From Candidatus Parcubacteria bacterium (GTDB taxonomy: Bacteria; Patescibacteriota; Patescibacteriia; CAIXNZ01), in NCBI GenBank assembly GCA_026395685.1, contig JAPLYG010000009.1, forward strand, positions 17,519 to 81,518: a stretch of 64,000 bases of DNA, given 5' to 3'. The translations under genes were made by a program, and so were the position numbers. Shown piece by piece: positions 49,790 through 60,200 of this stretch. Below the pieces are notes generated by a model, which was given only the letters and a program-made list of their open reading frames with translations, was not told the origin of the DNA and made no database searches. Each line of letters begins with the position of its first letter. The first letter of the stretch is position 1.

Positions 49790-49827
49790 AAAAACCCCCT
49801 GAGCCAAATGGTTCAGGGGGCTTTTTC
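49790..49827. terminator. Bidirectional intrinsic terminator
   Basis: AAAAACCCCCTGAGCCA-AA-TGGTTCAGGGGGCTTTTT. Confidence 0.8.
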
Positions 49828-49831
49828 TTGT

Positions 49832-51253
49832 CTATTTTTCCAATTTATCATTAAAGTAGCTGCCTAAATCTGAAATTTTAATTCTTTCCTGTTTCATGGA
49901 ATCACGATCTCTGACCGTTACGCTATCATCTTTTTCCAGAGTTTCAAAGTCAACTGTAACGCAATAAGGCGTACCTATTTCATCCTGACGGCGGTAACGC
50001 TTGCCAATATTGCCGTTATCATCAAATTCGCACATATAACTCTGTCTTAAAATCTCATATATTTCTTTGGCTTTGGCGACTAACTGCGGCTTATTCTTTA
50101 ATAAAGGGAATATCGCAATTTTCACAGGAGCCAGACGCTTATCAATTTTCAAAACAACCCGCTGTTCACCTGCAACTTCTTCCTCAGTATAAGCACTATC
50201 CAAGAACATCAGCAATAAACGATTTAAGCCCACAGAGGTTTCCATAATATGAGGGAAAAAGCGTTCTTTGCTTTCCTCGTCAAAATATGTCAAATCAACA
50301 CCGGAATATTTCGCGTGTTGTGATAAATCCCAATCTCCCCTGGCGTGAATGCCTTCAATTTCCTTAAAGCCGCCCAAAGATTGAAAATTAAATTCAATAT
50401 CATAAGCATCGCTGGCATAATGAGCTAATTTCTCATGCTTATACCATTGAATCTTTTTTTCCGGAATACCATATTCCAAAAACCAATTCCAACGAATCTG
50501 CTTCCACTTCTCATATGTTTCTTTCATCTGCCCCGGCTTCAAGAAATATTGCATTTCCATTTGTTCAAATTCCCTGGTGCGAAAAATAAACTGACGGGCC
50601 ACAATCTCATTGCGAAAAGCCTTGCCGACCTGGGCAATGCCAAAAGGCAATTTGGGATGAAGGGTATCAACCGTATTTTTATATTCCAAATAAATGCCGC
50701 CGCAACTTTCCGGCCTTAAATATATAACATTCTCCTCAGTCAAAGCTTCAGTCGGCGAACCAAGATTGGATTTAACCATCAGGGAAAAAACTTTTGCTTC
50801 GGTTAACTCTTTGGAACCGCACACCGGACATTTCAATTTGCCGCTATTCCTGATTTCATCCAAACCCTTATTAATTTCTTCAATTGACGCCTTATCCATA
50901 TTAATTCCAAACTCTTCCAGCAAATGATCAGCCCGGAAGCGATTTTTGCATTTTTTACAATCAACCTGCGGATCATTAAAACCCGCGACATGACCGCTTG
51001 CCACCCAAGTCTGAGGGTGCATAAAAATAGCGCTATCCATGCCCAGCACATCGTCCCGCAATTGCACCATATGCCGCCACCAGGCATCACGGATATTATT
51101 TTTTAATAAAACCCCGTAATGGCCGTAATCATAGATTGCCTGAAGTCCGCCGTAAATTTCCGAGGAAGGAAAAACAAAACCCCGGCGCTTGCAGAATGAC
51201 ACGAGCTTTTCAATAGAGTTAGCTTCGCTTTTGGATTTTTCGTTTTTGGACAT
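49832..51253 (-). CDS. glyQS: Glycine--tRNA ligase (alpha2 type)
   Basis: KRRGFVFPSSEIYGG, FRNEI, FRTREFEQME, IGKRYRRQDEIGTP. Confidence 0.96.
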   Translation of the reverse strand: MSKNEKSKSEANSIEKLVSFCKRRGFVFPSSEIYGGLQAIYDYGHYGVLLKNNIRDAWWRHMVQLRDDVLGMDSAIFMHPQTWVASGHVAGFNDPQVDCKKCKNRFRADHLLEEFGINMDKASIEEINKGLDEIRNSGKLKCPVCGSKELTEAKVFSLMVKSNLGSPTEALTEENVIYLRPESCGGIYLEYKNTVDTLHPKLPFGIAQVGKAFRNEIVARQFIFRTREFEQMEMQYFLKPGQMKETYEKWKQIRWNWFLEYGIPEKKIQWYKHEKLAHYASDAYDIEFNFQSLGGFKEIEGIHARGDWDLSQHAKYSGVDLTYFDEESKERFFPHIMETSVGLNRLLLMFLDSAYTEEEVAGEQRVVLKIDKRLAPVKIAIFPLLKNKPQLVAKAKEIYEILRQSYMCEFDDNGNIGKRYRRQDEIGTPYCVTVDFETLEKDDSVTVRDRDSMKQERIKISDLGSYFNDKLEK

Positions 51254-51352
51254 AAAATAAATTTAATAATCAATAATCAATCATCAATAACCATACAATT
51301 GCTAAATCCAAAATAGGATATTAGTAATTAATTATTAATGGCTGATGATTAA

Positions 51353-51521
51353 ATAAAAAATGGATCTCAAAATGATAAACCAAAAAAGCTATCATCCTGG
51401 GACCCATTTTTTTAATTAAGGGCGGTTCCACCCAAGTTGTCTCCATTGCCAAGGCTACGAAGACCTCTTTATTGCCTACAGCTCCCAGGGAGCCAAACCC
51501 CTGATCATCGCCGTGTCTGCT
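51353..51521 (-). ncRNA. T-box riboswitch (Gly) with ultrashort Stem I
   Basis: AACTTGGGTGGAACCGCCC T-box, GGGTCCCAGG partner, terminator plus U-run, GA motif, GGC in apical loop; upstream of glyQS. Confidence 0.8.
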
Positions 51522-51540
51522 CTTATATTGTAATAAATCT

Positions 51541-51798
51541 TTAAACGTTTTGCAATTTACGTACTTTTATTTCCAAATCCGCCAGTTGTTTTTTTAAAAT
51601 TTCAATATCCCTATAGGCGGCTGATATATCCTCATCCTATGCCTTTCCTATACTATCCAGTCTTTGGCTGATTATTTTTAACTCAACCCTAATATCTGCC
51701 AACTCTTGTTTAATTGGCTCTAATTTTTCAGTCAGCTTGGAATCCAGCGCTGAATTAATAATTATTTCTATTTGTTTTAAATCCTCTTGTTCTAGCAT
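51541..51798 (-). pseudogene. Coiled-coil protein with in-frame TAG (51637-51639)
   Basis: Frame continues DEDISAAYRDIEILKKQLADLEIKVRKLQNV* past the TAG. Confidence 0.6.
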
Positions 51799-51853
51799 AA
51801 AATTGCGTATTTTTATTATAGCAATAATATTTTTTTTAAACAACTGACCTCAA

Positions 51854-52417
51854 TTAAATCATCTTTATCTCTGTTTCCTTTTCCTCGGCAATCTCGTCTG
51901 CTTTTTTATTCAATTCCGAGACATAATTATCCAAATCAGCCAGATACTGATAACGGTCATCCTGAGTAATATCCTTGTCCTTTTCTGCTTTTAATATTGC
52001 CTCCTTTGTTTTATCGCGAATCTGGCGAATGCCTATTTTTGCCGCTTCCAATTTTTGGCCTGAGACCTTGATTAATTCTTTGCGATTTTCTTCAGTCATC
52101 ATCGGCACCTTGGCAATTATCTTGCTGCCGGCATTTACCACTGACAGCCCCAGATTAGACGCGATTAATGACTTTTCAATTTCTTTAACAATGCTTTTAT
52201 CCCAGGGTTCAATGCTGATTGCTCTTGATTCCGGAATACTGATTGAAGCCAATTGCTTCAAGACCTGCCGGCTGCCGTAAGCTTCCACTAGAATATTCTC
52301 AACCAAAGCAGACTGGGCGCGCCCGGTCCGCAAAGTTCCCAGTTCTTTTTTCAGATGAACCAGCGAATTTTCAAATTCTTCTTTATTTTGTTTGATGTAA
52401 TTGTTTAATTCTGGCAT
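51854..52417 (-). CDS. frr: Ribosome recycling factor
   Basis: LRTGRA, VEAYGS, IEPWDK, MTEENRKEL. Confidence 0.95.
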   Translation of the reverse strand: MPELNNYIKQNKEEFENSLVHLKKELGTLRTGRAQSALVENILVEAYGSRQVLKQLASISIPESRAISIEPWDKSIVKEIEKSLIASNLGLSVVNAGSKIIAKVPMMTEENRKELIKVSGQKLEAAKIGIRQIRDKTKEAILKAEKDKDITQDDRYQYLADLDNYVSELNKKADEIAEEKETEIKMI

Positions 52418-52449
52418 AATTTTATGTTGGGTTATTAACCGAGTATTAA

Positions 52450-53547
52450 TTATTTCTCGGGGATCTTCTTTGCTCCCAAATAGATATTTTTAGTATTTTT
52501 CGGATCGACCAATAAAAAATTTACATAACCGACATTGGGCGCTTTTTGAGTTGACCAGGTACTGCCCCCGTCTGCAGATTTATATACGGTTGAATCCGTA
52601 CCATAATAAATTAAATTGCCATTTGTCGGATCGACAGCGAGTGAATATATATTCTTGCCGCCGACAGTGGTGACTAAATTAATTGGTTTCCAGGTCTGCG
52701 CGCCGTCAATTGTCCTTAAAAGGCCATAGTCGGAAACATAAATAAAAGCATTAGAAGCTGAAAGGTCCTGAACCATTAAACGCGCATTCTTAAAATTCTT
52801 ATAAAGCTTGGCTCCGTCTTTATTTATCGACTCGGTTTTTTTATCAGTATCACTCCAGGTTACACCCCCGTCAATTGACTTGGCAATACCGGCTTTTTCA
52901 ATCAACAAGTAAATATTTCTGGTATCTTCAGCATTTAAAAGTATTTGCTTAATGGCATTGCCCGAACCTCTAATTAATGTCCAAGTCCCCCCGAAATTCT
53001 CACTTTTTCTTAATTCGCCGCCGCTATTGGCAAAATATACCAGATTCTGATTACCTGCATAGCGATCTGTTTCAATATCTGTAATCTTTATTGCCCTGGA
53101 ATCATTATAGATGGTGGTAAAAGTACGTCCGCAGTCAGTACTTTTGGACAGATTAGCGCCGACTGTAATATAGAGAGTGCATTTATCCTGATAATCAATA
53201 GCAATATCGGCAATATTATCATTTTCAAAAAATTTTGATTTCATCCAGCTGTTGCCGGCGTCATTGGAATAATACCACCCCTGTTCCGAAGCCAAATAAA
53301 CCGTGTTATTATCTGACGGATCCAAAATAAGACGATTTACACTGACATTCACCAAAGGTATAACTTTACCCTGGGTATTTAATAGACTGCCTTTTAATTT
53401 CCAGGTTACAGCATTATCTTCTGATTTAAAAACCCCGATATACCCCTTTGGTGTCTTGGAAGAATCTTTGACACTGATACAGCCGCTTAATGATACGGCT
53501 AAAATTGCCAGACAAAAAATAAAAATTATTTTTTGGAATTTCCCCAT
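52450..53547 (-). CDS. Lipoprotein with BNR/YCF48-like beta-propeller
   Basis: Lipobox LSGC; repeated S.D.G.TW Asp-boxes. Confidence 0.85.
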   Translation of the reverse strand: MGKFQKIIFIFCLAILAVSLSGCISVKDSSKTPKGYIGVFKSEDNAVTWKLKGSLLNTQGKVIPLVNVSVNRLILDPSDNNTVYLASEQGWYYSNDAGNSWMKSKFFENDNIADIAIDYQDKCTLYITVGANLSKSTDCGRTFTTIYNDSRAIKITDIETDRYAGNQNLVYFANSGGELRKSENFGGTWTLIRGSGNAIKQILLNAEDTRNIYLLIEKAGIAKSIDGGVTWSDTDKKTESINKDGAKLYKNFKNARLMVQDLSASNAFIYVSDYGLLRTIDGAQTWKPINLVTTVGGKNIYSLAVDPTNGNLIYYGTDSTVYKSADGGSTWSTQKAPNVGYVNFLLVDPKNTKNIYLGAKKIPEK

Positions 53548-53551
53548 AAAA

Positions 53552-54574
53552 TTACAAATTTATTAATAAATTTTCCGCTGCTAAACGCGGATTAATATTA
53601 TAAGTTAAATATTTTTTCAGCAAATTAACCTGGGCAAAAAGATCCAGCAGCTTATTAAAGTCATAGCGCAAAGAAACTTTTTTAAGCTGGGGCAAATAAT
53701 GCAGATTTATAATTAAATTATCGAGATTCTGGCGGGCAGCCAATAAATCATGAAGAATCAACTGCCAATTATCCAATTCTCCGGCCAGAATATTTGCCGA
53801 TTCCTTGGGATTTTTGGTTTGAGCAAAAACCTGTTCAATATTTTTAAAGCGGGAAACCAAATCCTGATCAAATAAGGAGACCAGCCGGTCCATCTGCTCT
53901 AAATATTCATCAAAAAAATCAGGATGCTGAAAATAGCTGATGGCTAGGCCGATTTGTCCCCTTGCCAGGGCAGTGAACTTTTCAGCCTGGCTGCGGCTCG
54001 AGCCCAAAGAAACTAAGTGATGAAAAATTTCATCGGCTGCCAACGGCTGAAATTTAATCAATTGACAGCGGGAAGCAATGGTCGGCAGGATTAAATTGGA
54101 ATCAGTGGTAATCAAAATTAATATTGTTTTCGGGCCAGGCTCCTCTAATATTTTCAATAACGCATTTTGGGCGCTTTCACTCAAGTCCTGGGCATTTTCA
54201 ACCAGCGCAAATTTGTAGGAGTTTAAAAACGAAGTCAGGTTTAAGAATTTATGCATTTCCCTTACCTGTTCCACACTGATATTTTTCTTATCTTCTTCCT
54301 TTTTTAAAATATAAATATCAGGATGAATATTTTTTTTTGCCTGTTGGCAGAAAGCGCATTGTCCGCAGGGGCTACTCTGCAAAGGCAACTTATTTTGCTG
54401 ATGGAAATCTTGGCATAAAATTGAGCTGATAAGCTTTTGCCCCACCAGTGATCTGCCTAAATGTTCCAAGCCAGAAAACAAGTAAGCATGGGCCAGTTTA
54501 TTGTTATTAAGGCTTTTTTGCAAATATTGCTGTATTTTTGAGTGGCCGACAACCTGCCAATTATAATTATTCAT
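53552..54574 (-). CDS. holB: DNA polymerase III delta' subunit
   Basis: HAYLFSG, PCGQC..C, HPD, NALLKILEEP, LPTIASRC; start set at MNNY. Confidence 0.9.
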   Translation of the reverse strand: MNNYNWQVVGHSKIQQYLQKSLNNNKLAHAYLFSGLEHLGRSLVGQKLISSILCQDFHQQNKLPLQSSPCGQCAFCQQAKKNIHPDIYILKKEEDKKNISVEQVREMHKFLNLTSFLNSYKFALVENAQDLSESAQNALLKILEEPGPKTILILITTDSNLILPTIASRCQLIKFQPLAADEIFHHLVSLGSSRSQAEKFTALARGQIGLAISYFQHPDFFDEYLEQMDRLVSLFDQDLVSRFKNIEQVFAQTKNPKESANILAGELDNWQLILHDLLAARQNLDNLIINLHYLPQLKKVSLRYDFNKLLDLFAQVNLLKKYLTYNINPRLAAENLLINL

Positions 54575-54772
54575 GACTTTATTATAGCTTAATCGCCGGT
54601 CTTCGTAAAGGCTTAAAAACAAGGCTAAAGGCTTAAGACTAAAGGCTAAAGGCTAAAGTTTAAAGGCTAAAGTATGGTAATTACAAATTTTCCTAAATTT
54701 AGACTTAACAAAAAAAACGCCCTAAATTAGGGCTTAATGAGTTCTAAGTTAATTATTTTATATAAAACCGAA

Positions 54773-55171
54773 TTATTTAGATTCCTGCTCCTTAATATAT
54801 CTTCTAATTCTATTAATCTCAAATCCCACAGTAGAAACAGCATAGCCCCTGGCCCAGAAATGTTCGCCGATAAAATTCCTTTCCTTGCCGCAAAACTGCC
54901 TGGCAATCAAAATAGCGCTTTTGCCTTTCAAATACCCGACAATTGAGGCCACCGCATACTTGGGCGGTATTTCAATGCACATATGCACATGATCCGGCAT
55001 AATATGGCCTTCAATTATCCTGCAACCTTTATATTTAGCCAATTCATGGAATATCCCGCCAAGCTGGAGCTTAATTTTTCCATAGAGAATGCTTTTGCGC
55101 CGTTGAGGAATAAAAATCAGATGATAAACGCAATCCCACCTGCTGTGGCACAAGCTTTGATAATTATGCAT
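54773..55171 (-). CDS. tnpA: IS200/IS605 family Y1 transposase (C-terminus looks short)
   Basis: SLCHSRWDCVYH, HUH motif DHVHM, YLKGKS, FWARGY, IRRYIKEQ. Confidence 0.92.
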   Translation of the reverse strand: MHNYQSLCHSRWDCVYHLIFIPQRRKSILYGKIKLQLGGIFHELAKYKGCRIIEGHIMPDHVHMCIEIPPKYAVASIVGYLKGKSAILIARQFCGKERNFIGEHFWARGYAVSTVGFEINRIRRYIKEQESK

Positions 55172-55280
55172 GTGATAATTTCCCTTCACTCATCAAGCCT
55201 GAAGGAATTATAACCGATTTCTATGCATTAATTCAAAAAAACGCTGTCAAGCGTTTTTCAGAAGATATCTTATCAATATA

Positions 55281-55586
55281 TTAAGCATTCAGCTTCAAAT
55301 GATCTAGAACCTTTTTTAATGAAGACTCCAAACGGTCATATTTTGAGCGCAATGAAACCAATTCCAAGTCTAACTTTTGATGCAATCCGATAAATGAATC
55401 AATATGGGTTATTGTCTCATCTTTATTTTCCCTCATTTCATCCCTAACCTCTTTTAATTCTCCCCTTATTTCTCTAATATCATCCTTGGAAGCAAAATTC
55501 TTCAGATCATCCTTCGTCGGCGCAGTATCTTTAATAAAAGAGACTATCTCTAAAATATCGTTTAAATTTTTATCTTGATTATTCAT
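55281..55586 (-). CDS. Small coiled-coil protein (TKDDL repeats)
   Basis: Heptad pattern; own TTGACA..TATAAT promoter. Confidence 0.7.
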   Translation of the reverse strand: MNNQDKNLNDILEIVSFIKDTAPTKDDLKNFASKDDIREIRGELKEVRDEMRENKDETITHIDSFIGLHQKLDLELVSLRSKYDRLESSLKKVLDHLKLNA

Positions 55587-55728
55587 AAATTCAATATTAT
55601 TTTGTGTCTTTATTATAGCTTTATTGACGCTTCCCTGTCAAATACAAACTTTAAGCGATAATTACCGCCCAAAGGAACGCTCAAAGCTTATCAAGTCTCC
55701 CCAGCTAAAGCTGGGGGTTTTCCTATTT

Positions 55729-56556
55729 TTAATAAGCACCATAGGTTTCCAAGTCCATATTCCCGTTGTTGTCGTAGCTGACATCCACGCCTAAATCAGT
55801 GAAGTCCGTGACGGCATGTGGATTTGCGTACAAACTTCCTGTATTGCCATTATATTCATAATCCCCGACATCCGATTTATTCAGGATATTTCCGAGACTG
55901 TCATAGTTGTAAGTTTGCGTATAATCATCCTCCGTCGCCGAATCCGTTATCGTCGCGCCTGTCAGACGATACAAGTCATCATAAGCATAGGCGGCATTTT
56001 TTCGGGTATTTGTTTCAGATTGATCAATAATGCCAGTAATATTTCCAACATCGTCGTAAGTATATGCCAAATCCTGTATTCTCTTTCCGGCCATGACAAA
56101 ATAATCGTTTCCATTAGTCCATTCTCCTTCATTGTCCGACTCATCCCATAACTTAATTCTCCAATTATATTTCATCCCATTCAAAGCCAGCGGATCACCG
56201 CCATAAGAAATGTCTTCAGTGCGGTCGCCTTCAAGCACAGAGGTGGCAAAGGCGGTTTTTTCGCTATCCCAAAGAGGATCATTCCAATCGCCATCGTAAG
56301 GAATAACCTGTATTTGATAATAGTCGGCGTAATCCCCTGTATCAGGATCATCATAAATCGCTGAAAATTCAGGCGTAGTGTCAGAAATTTTGGTCGCCTG
56401 CTGCGGCCAGAGGCGCACCTGGTCCAGCTTAATCCAGCTTGTTTCCTCACCCAAATAGAAAATCAAACGAGCGTCGGATTCAGTCACATTCGGAGTCAGC
56501 TCAATCTGGAATTTGGCAAATTCGCTGATTGAATTGCATGCGGAATCAATTTTCAT
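55729..56556 (-). pseudogene. Orphan Rhs fragment, colinear paralog of 58508-59299
   Basis: 792-nt gap-free match to the large Rhs gene; truncated at the IS end. Confidence 0.85.
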
Positions 56557-56582
56557 AAATACTAATTCTCAAATGGACTACT

Positions 56583-56868
56583 TTAATTAATGACTTCATA
56601 GCCAAAATTAGGGTTAGTTTTCTTTAGCTCATTCAAAAAATCAAAAAATTATCTATATATTTTTTAAATACCAAATTTTGAATCTTTTTATAATTTTTCA
56701 ATTCGAAAAATACATTTTCATCGCTATAACTATATGCATCAAAAAAGCATCCAAGTTTTTGCCATAACCAATTATCAAGCTGGATAAATTCAATTTTCTT
56801 TCCAAGTAACTATTTAATTCGACGGCTGTATTAATTTTACCAAAATCAAAAATAATAGTTTTTTTCAT
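56583..56868 (-). pseudogene. Barstar-family immunity gene with two -1 frameshifts
   Basis: YGKNLDAFFD motif; adding one T to each of two T6 runs restores a 95-aa ORF. Confidence 0.65.
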
Positions 56869-56897
56869 AAATTTCTACTTAATTCTTTCCAGATTGA

Positions 56898-57272
56898 CTA
56901 GTATAAACAATATTCCTTTGTTTCATAATAAGGCAGCTCCTTTATCGGAGCCCCCGGTAAAATTCTATCAACATAAGCATTATTAAATTTAACAAGCTCG
57001 GCTTTGAATATTTTATTGTCCTTTATATAAACTAAACCTTCAGAAAAGTCGTTTGTTCTAAAGAATAAAATTACTCCGCCTCTATATTCGCAGGTAATTA
57101 TTTCATTGGACTCCGCAAAATTGATAGCGCCAACCCTTCCTTTAAAATAATTAATCGCCGCTGGCGAATCGACTTTATGCATAGTGTTATAATCCCAAAA
57201 CCATATTAAATAAATGATTGCCAAAAGCAGGGAAATACTTATGAGGATTATTTTTCGATACTTTTTATTCAT
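56898..57272 (-). CDS. Putative Rhs immunity protein (N-terminal TM)
   Basis: Small AT-rich ORF starting 17 nt after the Rhs stop. Confidence 0.55.
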   Translation of the reverse strand: MNKKYRKIILISISLLLAIIYLIWFWDYNTMHKVDSPAAINYFKGRVGAINFAESNEIITCEYRGGVILFFRTNDFSEGLVYIKDNKIFKAELVKFNNAYVDRILPGAPIKELPYYETKEYCLY

Positions 57273-57289
57273 AATTTTTATATATTAAA

Positions 57290-60200
57290 TTAGTCTAAAT
57301 TAAGCGATCCTACTTTCTGTACATTTTCTATTGAATTATTACTGTTCAGGAAATCCGATAATGAGGCATTAGGATTTTCTTTTAGTAATTGACCAAATTG
57401 TGCGCCGAGCTGATTAGCTTGAATATCATTGAAATCATATTTTTCCCGTCCAGATGTAAAAATAATTTCCCAGTTTTCAACTAAATTACCAAGAACATTT
57501 ACAGTTTCTGGCCCAAACATATAAGATAACAAGGCAGAGGCAAAAAAATGCTGTAATTTATCTGTATTATCCAAAAAAGTATCAGTAGTATATTGTCCAA
57601 ATAATCCGCTAGGCAAATCGAAAATCCTCTCTTTCCTATCTTTGTTATTTACATCAGCACTGTTAAAACTTGTCCTCGTAGCTTCCATCATAACATATAA
57701 TGTTTCCTCTGTATTTCCACCTGTTAAATTATTAGCATAATTATAAATCTTATTCAAGCCTTGTATATTACTATCGCCAGATTGCATGTTTAAATTATTC
57801 TTCACGAAATTATTTGTTAAACTTACATTCAAAATTGTGAAAATTCCCACTGGCCCCTCACCTGTTGGATCTACATAAACAAAGGGCCTATTGGCCACAT
57901 AACTATATGAATTCAAACTCTGCGGATCTATTAAAATATCAAATGATTTTTTACCATACTTCTTTCTCAAATCTGTTCCCATATCCAAAAACATCGGATC
58001 CTCGCTCACAAACCTCCCCGCTTCCCCGCTATAATACCTCGCCCCAAAGTACTGCAATCCCGACGAGTCGGTTTCAATTTCCTTTTGGGTGAATTTTTTC
58101 CTTTGGTCAAAAGACCCGTTTTCAGGATCGCTTTGTTCGTTAAAGCGCATATTGCCAAATGGATAGTAATCAACTACCTGCTCAACATCCCCGTCATCCT
58201 TAGTCATGACACTGCTTGATGTCAAATGGTCGTCATGGACATAATATTCATTGCGATTTGTTCCGTCGTCTGTGATCGTCAGCACAAGCTGGTTATTGGC
58301 GTAAACATTTTCAGTAATTGTCTCATCCTCGCCGACAATCTTTTTATCAAAGTATTTATTGGGATAAACAATAATTTCGCTTCCAGAATCAATGTCCTTG
58401 ATTATCCTTTGTCCAGCATGATCGTAACCATAACTTGCAGGAGTTGCCCAAATTCCGTCGCTTGTCGCCATTCGGTTATTATAATCCCAATCCGCCTCAA
58501 AAACAGTATAAGCTCCGAGTGTTTCCGCATCCATATTGCCATTATTATCATAACTCACCTCCACACCTAAATCCGTGAAATCCGTAACAGCATGCGGGTT
58601 TGCGTATAAGCTTCCTGTATTCCCGTTGTACTCGTAGTCCCCGACATCTGATTTTGACAGGATATTGCCTAAGCTGTCATAAGTAAATGTCTGCGTGTAG
58701 TCATCCTCCGTCGCCGAATCCGTAATCGTCGCTGAAGTTAATCTGTATAAATCATCATATGCATAAGCGGCATTCTTTCGGGTATTTGTTTCAGATTGAT
58801 CAACAATTTCAGTAATATTGCCCACATCATCGTAAGTATAAGCTAAATCCTGAATACGCTTTCCCGCCATCACGAAATAATCATTCCCATTCGTCCACTC
58901 GCCCTCATTATCCGATTCATCCCACAGTTTAATTCTCCAGTAATACTTCATCCCATCTAGCATTAAAGCATCCCCGCCATAGCTGATATCCTCGGATCTA
59001 TCTCCTTCATCTACTGAATTTGTGAAAGCAGTCTTGCCGGAATCCCAAATCGGATCATTCCAATTACCGTCATACTTAATCACTTGGATTTGATAATCAG
59101 TTGCGGAATCCCCAGTATCAGGATCATCATAAATCGCTGATAATTCAGGAGTAGTGTCAGAAATCTTAGTCGCCTGCTGGGGCCACAATCGCACCTGATC
59201 CAGCTTGATCCAGCTTGTTTCCTCACCCAAATAGAAAATCAGCCGAGCGTCGGATTCCGTTACATTCGGAGTCAGCTCAATCTGGAATTTGGCAAATTCA
59301 CCGTTATTCCAGACAGTGTCAAATGGCACGACTGAACTTATCTCACTAAAGGGGTTGTAATTCAGGGTTATGGCTGCTCGGGCTGTCCTGGGATCGTAAT
59401 TCTCTGAATGGGCGTAAAATGTAAGAATATAGGTTTGGTCTTCAACAACTGAAATCGGCTGGGCAAGAGACACTTCCCAGTATCCTCCGCCGGTTGTCAC
59501 AGTTACTTTGTCGCAGGAATTGCCATCATAAGACTCGGTATCGTCAATCGCATTGGTTCCCGTTCCGTCCGGATAACCTTTACTGGTGAAGTACCAGGTA
59601 TTGCCCCAGTTTTCAAAGCTCGGATCGGTTATCATGTTCAGATCATCAGGAGTCAAGGAAACATCATCAATCCAGTATGTTCCCGCATTGTCGCCCAGAT
59701 GGAAAGTAATAATGGAATTTTCATCATCAACCGCAACTGTGAAAGTATAGGAGTATTCCTGCCAATCAGTTCCGGCTTCTATTGTTCTGTAAATGCCCTG
59801 CTGGGTCCAGGGTGAATGGTTTTGGTAAGCCTGAATGAAAAATTCTGTTGCGGTTGAAGCCTTGGCCCAGAATTTCCAGGTGTAATTTTTGCCGGCAAGC
59901 AATTTGACCGACTGGCCCACATGCACTTCCCAGGGCTCGCCTGTTGTGGATACAATCACTTTTTCCGAACATGATCCGCTGTGCGATACTGTGCAGTCTT
60001 CAGTATGCGTCGCATCCAGCTCATTCTGCCAGTTCCAGCTGTCAAATCCGTCCTCAAAGCCGGAATTGTACAGGATATTCGCGCTTTTCCATAAATCTTC
60101 GGACAGCAGGTCTGTTGATGGATCAGGAGGATTGACGCTTAAAAGCATATTTTCGCCCAGGCTTTCTTTTTGTTTTTCCAGAAAATCAATCATTCCCTGG

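Larger units (their letters stand above)
54773..55731 (-). mobile_element. Degenerate IS200/IS605 element: left end, passenger gene, tnpA; right end not found
   Basis: Hairpin CCCCAGCTAAAGCTGGGG at 55699-55716 next to a TTAT junction. Confidence 0.55.

Noticed and set aside
51637-51639. Stop-codon reassignment
   Set aside because: TAG, TAA and TGA all terminate intact genes in this window.
55732-59299. DGR template/variable repeat pair
   Set aside because: Differences involve all bases and are mostly third-position rather than adenine-specific; no reverse transcriptase in the window.
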